IMG/VR virus record: IMGVR_UViG_3300045988_107814
Location: 96,001 to 160,000 of that record
DNA length: 64,000 nt
From: a virus
Reading direction: 5' to 3' (one strand)
Shown here piece by piece: positions 19,755 to 29,612 of the stretch. The notes under the pieces were generated by a model, which did not search any database, was not told the origin of the DNA, and was given only the letters and a program-made list of their open reading frames with translations. Within the stretch, counting starts at the first letter, position 1. Every line of letters starts with the position of its first letter. The position numbers and the translations under genes were made by a program.

Positions 19755-21476
19755 ATGGCTATTTTTTCTGATTTAGAATTAGAAGGAATTCTAAATGAAG
19801 CAGAAGATGAAAGAAAGTATAAAGATAGTGTAAAAAGAAATATACAAAATATTAAAGATGCTGGTAATAAAGCCAAATCTAATATAAAGAATAATTCTTG
19901 GATTGGTAAGAAGATGTCTTCTAAGAATGAATCTGGTATGCAAACTATTACATTTAAAGAAGATGCAGACGGAAATGTTTTAGAAAGCTCTCTAGATGAA
20001 GGAACTAAAGAATCTAGATTTGAAGTAAAATTTGGTGATGATGGTAAGAATAAAAAAGAAACTGTTACTAAACATCGTCATTATGATTTTGAATTTGGAC
20101 TTGGTAATAGACGTGTAAGAGATTCATTTGATAGAAAATATGTCAAACTAGAAGATGATGATTCTTTTGAGGAATCTGAGAAAGTTGATCCTGAAAAAAT
20201 CACAAGAGATTTGACTCTTAAGGCTACTATAGGCATTGGTAAGGAAAAACAAGATTGGGAAGAAAATCCTGGAACTAAAACTGGTGAAATGATTGGAAAT
20301 ATTGCTACTGGTGGTAATTTCCTAAATGATGTTGGTAAGAAAGCTGGTAGAAGTATTGGTTCTAAAGTAGACGATTTCATTCATAAAAAGAATAGAGAAC
20401 GTAGAAAGTTAAAAGAAGATTCTGAAGTTATTTATAGAAGTCCAGAATATAATCGTATTATTGACGAGTTCTTTGACTTTACAGATAGAGAAACTCGTAA
20501 GGTTCTTTTAGCAGTGAATGAAGCTGATCAAAATAAGATTCTTGTTTCTTTAACTTCTAAGCTATATGATAATGTAGTAGATAAAGTAGATGATATCGAT
20601 TTTGGTGAGATTGAAATGTCTAAGGGTGATATTGAAAAACTTCCTAACTTCGAGACACTACATGAATGTCTAAATAATATGGCTAGATTATTGATTGAGT
20701 TTAAGCAAGATACACATCCAGTAGATCAAATCGCTGAATGTATTTCTAATATGATTGAAACTAAGGATATGTGGAAAAAAGCCTATGCTTTAAATGTAGA
20801 ACTTCCTATGATTACTTATAATACTATTGTATTAGCAATTATCGAAGCTACTTCTTATATGGTATCAATGTGTGTAGAATTTGTTAAGTCACCATCAGAA
20901 GATACAATGAAGATAATGATTGATAAGTCTGCTCTTACAAAATCTAAGAGTCATATGATTCTTAAGAATATCGAATCTTTCAACTCTGCATTTAGAAAAG
21001 GTCAAGTACAAAAGGCTATGTGGCATGTTATCGATGAATCTGCAAAGAAAAAGAACTTTGTTGGTCTCGGTATTTATGGCGGATTAGGAGTAGGTGCAGC
21101 TGCTGTAGCTGGAATTGCTGGCTTATTATTCTGTATTATTCCACTGCTTAGAGAATTGATCTTCCTATTCTATTATACTAGGGTGAGAGTTTCTGACTTC
21201 TTTGAAGTGCAGGCTGATCTATTACAAGTATCTTCTTATAATGTAGAGAATAATAGATTAGATCTAACTAAGGAAGAAAGAAAGAAGATTGCCACTAAAC
21301 AAATGAAGACTGCTGATAAGTTTAGAAATGCTTCTAGATTCATTGCTATTAAAACTTCTGAAGCTGAGAACAAAGCAGTCAAAGAAATTAAAAAAGAAGA
21401 TAATAAGAAATATAAAGTGAATGATGTTGTTGATGAACTCCCAGATTCAGCAGCAGCAAGTTCGGCATTATTCTAA
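19755..21476 (+). CDS. Hypothetical protein, 573 aa, with one predicted transmembrane segment
   Basis: AAGGAGG RBS. Hydrophobic stretch FVGLGIYGGLGVGAAAVAGIAGLLFCIIPLL near the C-terminal quarter. Confidence 0.85.
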   Translation: MAIFSDLELEGILNEAEDERKYKDSVKRNIQNIKDAGNKAKSNIKNNSWIGKKMSSKNESGMQTITFKEDADGNVLESSLDEGTKESRFEVKFGDDGKNKKETVTKHRHYDFEFGLGNRRVRDSFDRKYVKLEDDDSFEESEKVDPEKITRDLTLKATIGIGKEKQDWEENPGTKTGEMIGNIATGGNFLNDVGKKAGRSIGSKVDDFIHKKNRERRKLKEDSEVIYRSPEYNRIIDEFFDFTDRETRKVLLAVNEADQNKILVSLTSKLYDNVVDKVDDIDFGEIEMSKGDIEKLPNFETLHECLNNMARLLIEFKQDTHPVDQIAECISNMIETKDMWKKAYALNVELPMITYNTIVLAIIEATSYMVSMCVEFVKSPSEDTMKIMIDKSALTKSKSHMILKNIESFNSAFRKGQVQKAMWHVIDESAKKKNFVGLGIYGGLGVGAAAVAGIAGLLFCIIPLLRELIFLFYYTRVRVSDFFEVQADLLQVSSYNVENNRLDLTKEERKKIATKQMKTADKFRNASRFIAIKTSEAENKAVKEIKKEDNKKYKVNDVVDELPDSAAASSALF

Positions 21477-21496
21477 TATAAGAAAGGAGTTTAATA

Positions 21497-22828
21497 ATGG
21501 GTATTTACACATCTAATAGATACTTACAGTCTGAAGATTATGTATCTGACATTCCTGTTAATGAAGCATATGATGCTGCATTTGGTTGTGCACATGCACT
21601 TGCTGAATGTGAAATTAATGATATGGCTTTATTTGAAAGTGCTATCTATAGTGATATTGCAGAAGTTAGAGCTATGCAAGAAGGCTATGGTTATGTTAAC
21701 GAAAATGCATTTACTGATGTACTTAAGAGAGTTAAAGAAATTTTCATTAAGCTTATCGGTAAGATTAAAGGTATTTTTGCATCTTTCCTTACTAAATTAA
21801 CATCTGCATTTAAGAGTGGTGAAGATTTAGTAAAGAAGTATAGTACTAAGATTAACTCTTATCAGAATTGGAAAGGCTTTAAGTGTAAGAAGATCCGTAA
21901 GCCTATAGCAAGCGATATCAAAACTGCAATTTTGGACAAAGATGTTTTTGGAACATTTATAAATCAATACAAAACTGGAGCAATAAAATATACATTAAAT
22001 ATAAAGACAGATTCTAATGAAGCTAGTATATCAATTAATACTAAACTTAAAGACTATACTAAGGTAGAAGATATTAAAGAAGCAGATACTGAAGATCTTA
22101 AAAATGCTATTCTCGAAAAGCATATTACAGGCTGTGATGATATCAAGGAAATTACAAAGAGTGTAATGGATAAGTTATTTGAAGAAGAAGAAACAATTGA
22201 TGATGAAGTTAAAGATGGTCAATACTTTAATGCAAATTGGATCAAGGGTGCTTTAGTAGATAGTAAGGACTGGATCAAAGAAGTTAAAAAGTATAACGAT
22301 GAAGTTAATAAAGGTATAAATACAATAATTGATAATCTTAAAAAGACTAATGATAACTTAAATAATTTAATCGATAAAAAGGGAGATATGTATTTTCAAC
22401 ATGGTGCTGAATATGCTAAAAACTTTGCAAGAACTGATGGTAATACTAACAAAGTAATAAAAAATTATTACGGATTTAAAGATGAAAAAGAGACAAAGCA
22501 TAATGTAGCTGATGATAGATATATTAATGGTCAGAAACAAATTGATCCTGATTATCAATTAAGATCTGATAAGGGAGTGTATAGTTTATCTGATGTTCAA
22601 AAGGCAGTTCAAGCATTACAGAAGCTTGCTACTAATCACTCTGAAGTAATTACTACTGTTACAAATGAGTATATGAAAACTGTTAAATTCACTATTGCTC
22701 AGGCTAAGAAACTATATACTGCCGCAGCAGTTTGGTCTTCTGGTGTTCATAAAGAATCTGTAGAATTTTCTGAAGCTATGGGTGATGTAGCATTAGAACA
22801 ATTCTATTCTAATATGGAATCTCTTTAA
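21497..22828 (+). CDS. MGIYT-family paralogue 1, 443 aa
   Basis: AAGGAG RBS and N-terminus MGIYTSNRYL. It shares three 100%-identical DNA blocks with paralogue 2. Confidence 0.9.
   Translation: MGIYTSNRYLQSEDYVSDIPVNEAYDAAFGCAHALAECEINDMALFESAIYSDIAEVRAMQEGYGYVNENAFTDVLKRVKEIFIKLIGKIKGIFASFLTKLTSAFKSGEDLVKKYSTKINSYQNWKGFKCKKIRKPIASDIKTAILDKDVFGTFINQYKTGAIKYTLNIKTDSNEASISINTKLKDYTKVEDIKEADTEDLKNAILEKHITGCDDIKEITKSVMDKLFEEEETIDDEVKDGQYFNANWIKGALVDSKDWIKEVKKYNDEVNKGINTIIDNLKKTNDNLNNLIDKKGDMYFQHGAEYAKNFARTDGNTNKVIKNYYGFKDEKETKHNVADDRYINGQKQIDPDYQLRSDKGVYSLSDVQKAVQALQKLATNHSEVITTVTNEYMKTVKFTIAQAKKLYTAAAVWSSGVHKESVEFSEAMGDVALEQFYSNMESL
21554..21904 (+). repeat. Identical block 1 (351 bp) shared by paralogues 1 and 2
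   Basis: 21554-21904 reads identically to 22986-23336 (offset 1432) by eye. Confidence 0.85.
22052..22266 (+). repeat. Identical block 2 (215 bp) shared by paralogues 1 and 2
   Basis: 22052-22266 reads identically to 23490-23704 (offset 1438). Confidence 0.85.
22587..22822 (+). repeat. Identical block 3 (236 bp) shared by paralogues 1 and 2
   Basis: 22587-22822 reads identically to 23956-24191 (offset 1369). Confidence 0.85.
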
Positions 22829-22870
22829 AACTTTAATTATAAACATATAAATAAAATGTGTGTAAATCTT

Positions 22871-22898
22871 TTGATATTGAAAAGTATTAAAGTATATA
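22871..22898 (+). promoter_or_regulatory. Sigma-70-like promoter candidate
   Basis: TTGATA (22871-22876), a 16-nt spacer, then TATATA (22893-22898), about 28 nt upstream of the ATG at 22926. Confidence 0.3.
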
Positions 22899-22925
22899 AC
22901 AACACTAAACAAGGAGGTAAAATTA

Positions 22926-24197
22926 ATGGGTATTTATACATCTGGTAGATATCTGAATGAGGCATATGATTATGCTTCCGATGTTCCTGTTAATGAAGCA
23001 TATGATGCTGCATTTGGTTGTGCACATGCACTTGCTGAATGTGAAATTAATGATATGGCTTTATTTGAAAGTGCTATCTATAGTGATATTGCAGAAGTTA
23101 GAGCTATGCAAGAAGGCTATGGTTATGTTAACGAAAATGCATTTACTGATGTACTTAAGAGAGTTAAAGAAATTTTCATTAAGCTTATCGGTAAGATTAA
23201 AGGTATTTTTGCATCTTTCCTTACTAAATTAACATCTGCATTTAAGAGTGGTGAAGATTTAGTAAAGAAGTATAGTACTAAGATTAACTCTTATCAGAAT
23301 TGGAAAGGCTTTAAGTGTAAGAAGATCCGTAAGCCTGTTAATATTTCTGAAGGCATTATTACTAGTATTAATAAATTATTTGGAAATGAGTCAAGTGATT
23401 CAACTGGTATTGGTAATATCACATACACTATTAATTTAAAAAATACTGGCGATTCTACTAAAAGAATAGCACTTACTACCGGACTTAGAGACTATACTAA
23501 GGTAGAAGATATTAAAGAAGCAGATACTGAAGATCTTAAAAATGCTATTCTCGAAAAGCATATTACAGGCTGTGATGATATCAAGGAAATTACAAAGAGT
23601 GTAATGGATAAGTTATTTGAAGAAGAAGAAACAATTGATGATGAAGTTAAAGATGGTCAATACTTTAATGCAAATTGGATCAAGGGTGCTTTAGTAGATA
23701 GTAAAAAAGCTAAAGAAAAAGTAGAAAAGTATAATAAAAAATGTGTAGAAAATATCAATAAAATTATTGATAATCTTGATAGAGACGAGAAAGCAATTTC
23801 TGAACTTATCGGAAAAAATGTAGATAAATATAAAACAAAAGATACAAGTGCTGATATATCCTACTCTAATTCTGATAAAGGTAAAGTTAGTAAGACTGAT
23901 AAATTCAGTTATTCTGAAACTGATAATAAACCATCTGCTAGTTATGGTGTTAGTCTATCTGATGTTCAAAAGGCAGTTCAAGCATTACAGAAGCTTGCTA
24001 CTAATCACTCTGAAGTAATTACTACTGTTACAAATGAGTATATGAAAACTGTTAAATTCACTATTGCTCAGGCTAAGAAACTATATACTGCCGCAGCAGT
24101 TTGGTCTTCTGGTGTTCATAAAGAATCTGTAGAATTTTCTGAAGCTATGGGTGATGTAGCATTAGAACAATTCTATTCTAATATGGAATCTATCTAA
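22926..24197 (+). CDS. MGIYT-family paralogue 2, 423 aa
   Basis: AAGGAGG RBS and N-terminus MGIYTSGRYL. Mosaic relative of paralogue 1. Confidence 0.9.
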   Translation: MGIYTSGRYLNEAYDYASDVPVNEAYDAAFGCAHALAECEINDMALFESAIYSDIAEVRAMQEGYGYVNENAFTDVLKRVKEIFIKLIGKIKGIFASFLTKLTSAFKSGEDLVKKYSTKINSYQNWKGFKCKKIRKPVNISEGIITSINKLFGNESSDSTGIGNITYTINLKNTGDSTKRIALTTGLRDYTKVEDIKEADTEDLKNAILEKHITGCDDIKEITKSVMDKLFEEEETIDDEVKDGQYFNANWIKGALVDSKKAKEKVEKYNKKCVENINKIIDNLDRDEKAISELIGKNVDKYKTKDTSADISYSNSDKGKVSKTDKFSYSETDNKPSASYGVSLSDVQKAVQALQKLATNHSEVITTVTNEYMKTVKFTIAQAKKLYTAAAVWSSGVHKESVEFSEAMGDVALEQFYSNMESI

Positions 24198-24218
24198 TAG
24201 AAAGGAGATATAAACACA

Positions 24219-25529
24219 ATGGGTATTTATACTGAAGCTTATACTAGTTATGATCATTCTGATTATACTAGTGTAGAGCCATTTATTGGTGAGAGCTTTA
24301 ACTATCATGAATTAGGTATTATTGCTGCTCATGAAATTAACACTAATTATAATTCCTTTATGAAGAGCATTGCATTGTCTGAACTTGCTGCTCTTGAACA
24401 GACTGGTTCCACAGATGTGTTCTATGAGTCTGTAGATATTAAGGGTATCTTTGCTAAGATCAAGGCATTTTTCCAAAAGGTTCTTGAAAAGATTAGAAAG
24501 ATTTTCCATACATTCATTGCTAAGATGAAATCTTGGTTTGGTGATACTAAGAAGTTTGCTGAAAAGTATGGTAAAGAAATTAAGAATAAATGGAATAATG
24601 TTAAATCTGACTGGGAATTCAAAGGATATAACTTTAGTGTCGTTGATAATGTTAAAATTGATACCGACATTAAAGCAGATGCTAAAACTAATAGTAATGC
24701 ATTAAAGCAACTTATGGCTACTTCCGATTTTACAGGGCTTGCTAATAGTGGATATGCTAAAATTAGTGGTGGTACTTATAAAGATACTCAAGGTCAAGAT
24801 ACTAATAACGATGACTGGGCTAATCATAAAACAACAAAACCTGGACCCAATAACACTTATGCAGAACCTGAGAATGATCAAACTTTTAAAGATCTTAAAG
24901 CAGCAATCTCTTCTATTAATGAAAACTATGAAGATTGTGTAGATCATATGCGTCAGCAGGCAATTACAAGTATTGCTGGCAACGATCATAAACTTTTATT
25001 AAAATTTGATGTTTCTGCTTCTGGTGATGGTTTAGATGCTAAAGAGTTCTCTAAAGAATTATTTAAAGCATTTAGAAACGACGAAGATTCTAAGAAAAAT
25101 ATTACTAAGTCTGAAATTGAAACTATGTACGGTGGAAGCATTAATAACTTAGTTGAGTTTATTAAAAATTTTGATAAGACACTTAAAGATGTTAAGGAAG
25201 CTCAAAAGAAGATTGATGATTCTTACAAGAAGCTAATTTCTAAAATTGAATCTCAGGCTAGCAAATTAAAGTCTGAAAATACTGGAAAAAATGATAATCT
25301 AACATATTGTGCAGGATTCTATCAGAAAGTTTACAGTAGTATTTCTAGTATTGTTACTGAAGAATTCGCTGCATATATTTCTGCACTTAAAGAAAAGTGC
25401 ACACAGGCTAAGGAAATCTGCGTTAAGACTATTAGTCTTTCTAAGAAAATGACAGAATCTTATGACTATTTCGATAGTTATAGCGATAATGGTGGTTTTG
25501 ATTTTATTAGCTCTGTAAAGCTAGTTTAA
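24219..25529 (+). CDS. MGIYT-family paralogue 3, 436 aa
   Basis: Starts MGIYTEAY. Shares the amphipathic motif IFAKIKAFFQKVLEKIRKIFHTFIAKM with the family (compare VLKRVKEIFIKLIGKIKGIFASFLTKL). Confidence 0.85.
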   Translation: MGIYTEAYTSYDHSDYTSVEPFIGESFNYHELGIIAAHEINTNYNSFMKSIALSELAALEQTGSTDVFYESVDIKGIFAKIKAFFQKVLEKIRKIFHTFIAKMKSWFGDTKKFAEKYGKEIKNKWNNVKSDWEFKGYNFSVVDNVKIDTDIKADAKTNSNALKQLMATSDFTGLANSGYAKISGGTYKDTQGQDTNNDDWANHKTTKPGPNNTYAEPENDQTFKDLKAAISSINENYEDCVDHMRQQAITSIAGNDHKLLLKFDVSASGDGLDAKEFSKELFKAFRNDEDSKKNITKSEIETMYGGSINNLVEFIKNFDKTLKDVKEAQKKIDDSYKKLISKIESQASKLKSENTGKNDNLTYCAGFYQKVYSSISSIVTEEFAAYISALKEKCTQAKEICVKTISLSKKMTESYDYFDSYSDNGGFDFISSVKLV

Positions 25530-25567
25530 TAAATCAGAAGTTCTGATTATATAAATTGTAAATCAGA

Positions 25568-25593
25568 GCTGGGATACCTACAGGTGTCCCAGC
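25568..25593 (+). terminator. Hairpin / partial terminator inside the paralogue array
   Basis: GCTGGGATACC-taca-GGTGTCCCAGC (11 bp including one G-T) followed by cctttatatt. Confidence 0.55.
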
Positions 25594-25623
25594 CCTTTAT
25601 ATTATTATATAGGAGGTAAGTAA

Positions 25624-26799
25624 ATGTCTTTATTATTTTCTTTAGATAATATTCTCCTAAATGAATCTAACGATATTATCGATATCGATAATATTGAATG
25701 TATGGATAACAGTTTAAAAAATTATTCTTTTGTGCAAGAAGGATATAATTTTATTCTAGAAATGAATTCAGATTACATTACTGCTGAAAAGACATTTTGC
25801 GAAGCAGTTTTAGGTTCTTATGGTAATGATAATATTATTAACGAATCATTTAGTGGATTCTTTGATAAGATTAAAGCAATCATTCATAAATTTATTGATT
25901 GGGTTAAAAAGATCTTTAAAGAATTTTCTATCAAGATTCATTCTTTAGTTTCTAGTGATAAGTATATTAAGAAAAACCATAAACTTCTTGATAAATTTGA
26001 CGATTCTAAAGATGAATTTGAATTTGAAGGGTACGAATTTTCCAATATTAATAACACAACGATTCCAGCAAATAACGCTTTAGATGCGTTTTCTGAAGAT
26101 AATGATGGTAAAGGTTATCTTAATACTTGGTATGGTGCTTCTGGTACTGATGAAGAAAAAACAAATGAATTAAACAATAACCTAAATCAAAAATTATCAA
26201 ATCTTCAAGATAATATGGAAGATTTCTATGATAGTTTTAGAGCTAAAGTTATTAATAGAACAGATGAGTCATATGATTCTAGTGAATACGGAGAAGTACT
26301 ATTTAAATTATTTAGAAGTGGTGAAACTAGCCCTTCTTCAATTACAGTAGATAGTTCTCTTGTAAATGAAATCTATCATAGATTTGATAGCTATAAAGAA
26401 ACAGTAAAGTCTATCGAAAAAACTCAAAAAGATATTATAAAAAACTATCAAGATTTAGAAAAGTATCTAGATAAAATGATTAAATTATCGAAAGAGGGAG
26501 AAAAGCTAAAACTTTCTATTAGCGATACATCTAGTGTTTATGCAAATAAACAAATTGAAACATTAGGAAATGTGTCTAATCGAAAGTCAGACAATGAAAT
26601 TAAAAACAAATCTACATTTGATATTATGAATAATTATCTAAAAGTACAATCTACTAAAATAAATGAGATGTGTCAAATTCATACAAGAGCATTTACTGCT
26701 AAATTAGAAGCTGCTAAAGATTGCTTTAAACAAGATAAAAAGATTCTTTATAAAGCATTATCTAAAGTAGCTAAACGTTCTAATAAATCTGACTATTAA
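25624..26799 (+). CDS. Diverged family member 4, 391 aa
   Basis: TAGGAGG RBS. Motif FFDKIKAIIHKFIDWVKKIFKEFSIKI at the family-typical position. Confidence 0.85.
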   Translation: MSLLFSLDNILLNESNDIIDIDNIECMDNSLKNYSFVQEGYNFILEMNSDYITAEKTFCEAVLGSYGNDNIINESFSGFFDKIKAIIHKFIDWVKKIFKEFSIKIHSLVSSDKYIKKNHKLLDKFDDSKDEFEFEGYEFSNINNTTIPANNALDAFSEDNDGKGYLNTWYGASGTDEEKTNELNNNLNQKLSNLQDNMEDFYDSFRAKVINRTDESYDSSEYGEVLFKLFRSGETSPSSITVDSSLVNEIYHRFDSYKETVKSIEKTQKDIIKNYQDLEKYLDKMIKLSKEGEKLKLSISDTSSVYANKQIETLGNVSNRKSDNEIKNKSTFDIMNNYLKVQSTKINEMCQIHTRAFTAKLEAAKDCFKQDKKILYKALSKVAKRSNKSDY

Positions 26800-26816
26800 T
26801 ATGGAGGTGAAACAAT

Positions 26817-28280
26817 ATGGAATTAAGTTTAGATAATACTATTGTAAATGAAGTCGAATCTTCTATTGAAAGACAGAGTAGAGATATTAAATTTTGTTAT
26901 GATATTGCCGAGCAAAATCGTGAAATGGAAAGATATGTTAATGAATGTATTATCAAAGCTAGTGGTAATAAGAAAGCTATTAACGAAATGTATGTTCTTA
27001 ATGAATCTTCTTTTACGTCAAAAATCAAGAATTTCTTCTTAAAAATCATAAACTTCTTTAAAAAAATTTTTGAAAAATTTATTGCCGCTATGAGAGGTAT
27101 ATTTCAACAACATAAAAATTATATTGATTCATATAATGTTATAATTACTAAATGTAAATGGAAAGCTGGAGATGTCTATGATATAAAAAATAGATTTATC
27201 GGAATAGCTAGAATTCTTGAAGCTGCCAATAATGTAAATGATGCAATTATCGGAATGAATATAGATAGATTTGTAAATGAAAACAATGTACCTGAGTTAG
27301 AAATAAATGACTCAATATATTCAGATTCTAAAAAATTAGAAAGTTTAAAACTTCCAGAAAAAATTTCTAATGGAGAAGGAAAACAACAAATGTTTGATCA
27401 ATTTATCAAACAAGGATATTGGAAAAATGTCAAAGATTTTAATTCTTATAAAGAAACAGACTCCGAAGGTAATGTAGATACAGCTGCTACATTTTCTTCT
27501 TGGTTTGATGGTGGTAAAGGAACTGTAACATGGAATGAAAACTATGTAGATGAAAACTTTCAAACTATTATTAATGTAACATATGCTGGTGAATCTTATC
27601 TAAAAAAATTAGAAAGTATAGTGTCTGTTATTACTAAAAAGATGAAAGAATCTTCTGATAAAATGGAAAAATATGTTAAAGAAGCTTCTGATAAAATTAA
27701 TAAATCTATTGATTCTACACCAAATTCTACTTCCACCAAAACAGGTACGGGAACCCAAACAGATACAGAACAATCAACTCAAACAGCGTCAGCTGATATG
27801 ACATTGAATTATTCTGGCGGATATATCAATGAAGTAGGTTTTAGACCTAGTAGTTCAAATGATGAAAATAAGACTGATTTAAACAAAACTGGTGATAAAG
27901 AAATAAAAAATGCAACTAAGACACATCAAGATATACAAAATATGCAAGTTAAAGGTCTTAAGAGTGCAGATGTAGATACTTCTGGTGCCAATACTAAAGA
28001 CCTTAAAGATAAGGCACAAAAATATCTAGATATTGATATGAATAATAGACAGGTAAGAATTAATGAATCTGTAAATATCTCATCAACAATTGCTAAAAAA
28101 ATGCTTGAATCTTTTGAAAAGACGACTGATGATTTTTATAAGATTATCAAAGCACATGTTCAATGGTATTTATCTAATCCAGGTGAAGATAAAAAAGAAG
28201 AAAATAAAACTAATAGACCAAGAAATCTCAATTTAAACGCTGGAGCAGTTCAAGTGGAAAAGAATACTCCTAAATCTTAA
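26817..28280 (+). CDS. Diverged family member 5, 487 aa
   Basis: TGGAGG RBS. Motif SKIKNFFLKIINFFKKIFEKFIAAMRGIF. Confidence 0.85.
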   Translation: MELSLDNTIVNEVESSIERQSRDIKFCYDIAEQNREMERYVNECIIKASGNKKAINEMYVLNESSFTSKIKNFFLKIINFFKKIFEKFIAAMRGIFQQHKNYIDSYNVIITKCKWKAGDVYDIKNRFIGIARILEAANNVNDAIIGMNIDRFVNENNVPELEINDSIYSDSKKLESLKLPEKISNGEGKQQMFDQFIKQGYWKNVKDFNSYKETDSEGNVDTAATFSSWFDGGKGTVTWNENYVDENFQTIINVTYAGESYLKKLESIVSVITKKMKESSDKMEKYVKEASDKINKSIDSTPNSTSTKTGTGTQTDTEQSTQTASADMTLNYSGGYINEVGFRPSSSNDENKTDLNKTGDKEIKNATKTHQDIQNMQVKGLKSADVDTSGANTKDLKDKAQKYLDIDMNNRQVRINESVNISSTIAKKMLESFEKTTDDFYKIIKAHVQWYLSNPGEDKKEENKTNRPRNLNLNAGAVQVEKNTPKS

Positions 28281-28289
28281 TAAAAATTT

Positions 28290-28315
28290 ACCAGAGTACT
28301 TTAAAGTACTCTGGT
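28290..28315. terminator. Bidirectional terminator (perfect 26-nt palindrome)
   Basis: ACCAGAGTACTTT/AAAGTACTCTGGT lies between the convergent stops at 28280 (+) and 28320 (-). Confidence 0.75.
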
Positions 28316-28319
28316 ACTT

Positions 28320-29531
28320 TTATTCGTTAAATGCTTTCTTAAACTTTAATACAGTACTCATTATAAAATTCTCTGTCTGTTTTATAAATAGCTGTTGAAC
28401 TTGTAGTAATATATATCGTCCAGAATATGATTCATGTACTGGATCGTTTATAATATACTCTTTATTCAATGTAAATAAAGATGCATCTAAATCATTCTTT
28501 ACTATACTAATTACAACATTAGCAGATTCTACATTATGTGTTATAGGATTAATAGTATTTTGATCATTATTAGATACATTCATTACTTGATTAATAGTAG
28601 ATGTGATTTTTGCTTTGTTATCTTGTACTTCTTGTTCAAATACATCGCCTTTGGAATTTATAACAGTTACTTTATTTACCATCTTATTAGAAACCATGTT
28701 TTTAGTATATTCTACTTTAGAAGCATCTATTCCTATAGTACATTTTCCAGATCGTAGGTCTAAATAAGATCCAGGCTCTTCGGATGTAGTATTATCAATT
28801 TTTCTTATATCTATTACTATTGTATAAATATATTGATTACGAGCACGTATTGGGTTGCCTGACGATGATACAATATACGTAGTATCAAAATCAATAAAAA
28901 ACCTATAAGAAGTATCATAAAACGTTCCCAAGTTATCATTTAAGTACTTTACATAATTAGATATAGAATCAATAGGAGGAATTATAACTTGATCAAACTT
29001 AGTATCATATCTAATTGGTTCAAGCAACATATTACCTAGATAATTAGAAGATTGTAATATTAACGAATTCATACTAGCATTATGATATACTCCATTTATA
29101 GTATTTCTGTTATTATTAATAGCATCTTGTTGTATTAAGAATATAGTAACTTCTTTATATTGTCTATTACCAGTTTTTGAATCTATTCCATCTGGATTAT
29201 CTAATTTATCAGTTCTAGATAAATCTTCGTTTAAAATATATATGAATTTATCATTAAAATATTTCTCTGTTACATTATCACTTTGGTTAGTATTGTCATA
29301 TTTATATATACCTAATGTAACAAGATTATCATTAGAATGCTTGATCATATCATCTAGAATATTCTTTTCTATAGAACCAAATATAGTGATTACAGGCATA
29401 TTAGTATTATCAAAATCTTTATCTATAAGAATATATTGAATCTGTTTAGAATCTATTTCCACTTCAGTATTAGTAGAATTGATATATTTTAATACAATCT
29501 TATAGTTATACTGTTCACCTTGTTTAGCCAT
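28320..29531 (-). CDS. Hypothetical protein, 403 aa
   Basis: ORF with a GAAGGAG RBS. Confidence 0.85.
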   Translation of the reverse strand: MAKQGEQYNYKIVLKYINSTNTEVEIDSKQIQYILIDKDFDNTNMPVITIFGSIEKNILDDMIKHSNDNLVTLGIYKYDNTNQSDNVTEKYFNDKFIYILNEDLSRTDKLDNPDGIDSKTGNRQYKEVTIFLIQQDAINNNRNTINGVYHNASMNSLILQSSNYLGNMLLEPIRYDTKFDQVIIPPIDSISNYVKYLNDNLGTFYDTSYRFFIDFDTTYIVSSSGNPIRARNQYIYTIVIDIRKIDNTTSEEPGSYLDLRSGKCTIGIDASKVEYTKNMVSNKMVNKVTVINSKGDVFEQEVQDNKAKITSTINQVMNVSNNDQNTINPITHNVESANVVISIVKNDLDASLFTLNKEYIINDPVHESYSGRYILLQVQQLFIKQTENFIMSTVLKFKKAFNE

Positions 29532-29577
29532 TTTATCATCTCCTTCATTATAAAAAAGTTACAAAGCAAAAAAGAAA

Positions 29578-29603
29578 CACAAGTGACTTGTCCGTCACTT
29601 GTG
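29578..29603 (-). terminator. Rho-independent terminator (minus strand)
   Basis: CACAAGTGAC-ggacaa-GTCACTTGTG on the minus strand, followed by tttcttttttgc. Confidence 0.7.
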
Positions 29604-29612
29604 GATTTCTTT

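Noticed and set aside
21905-23955. A diversity-generating retroelement or phase-variation switch as the cause of the variable segments in the mosaic paralogues.
   Set aside because: The differences are wholesale replacements of unequal length, not adenine-specific substitutions. The window has no reverse transcriptase, no template repeat, and no invertase or inverted repeats.
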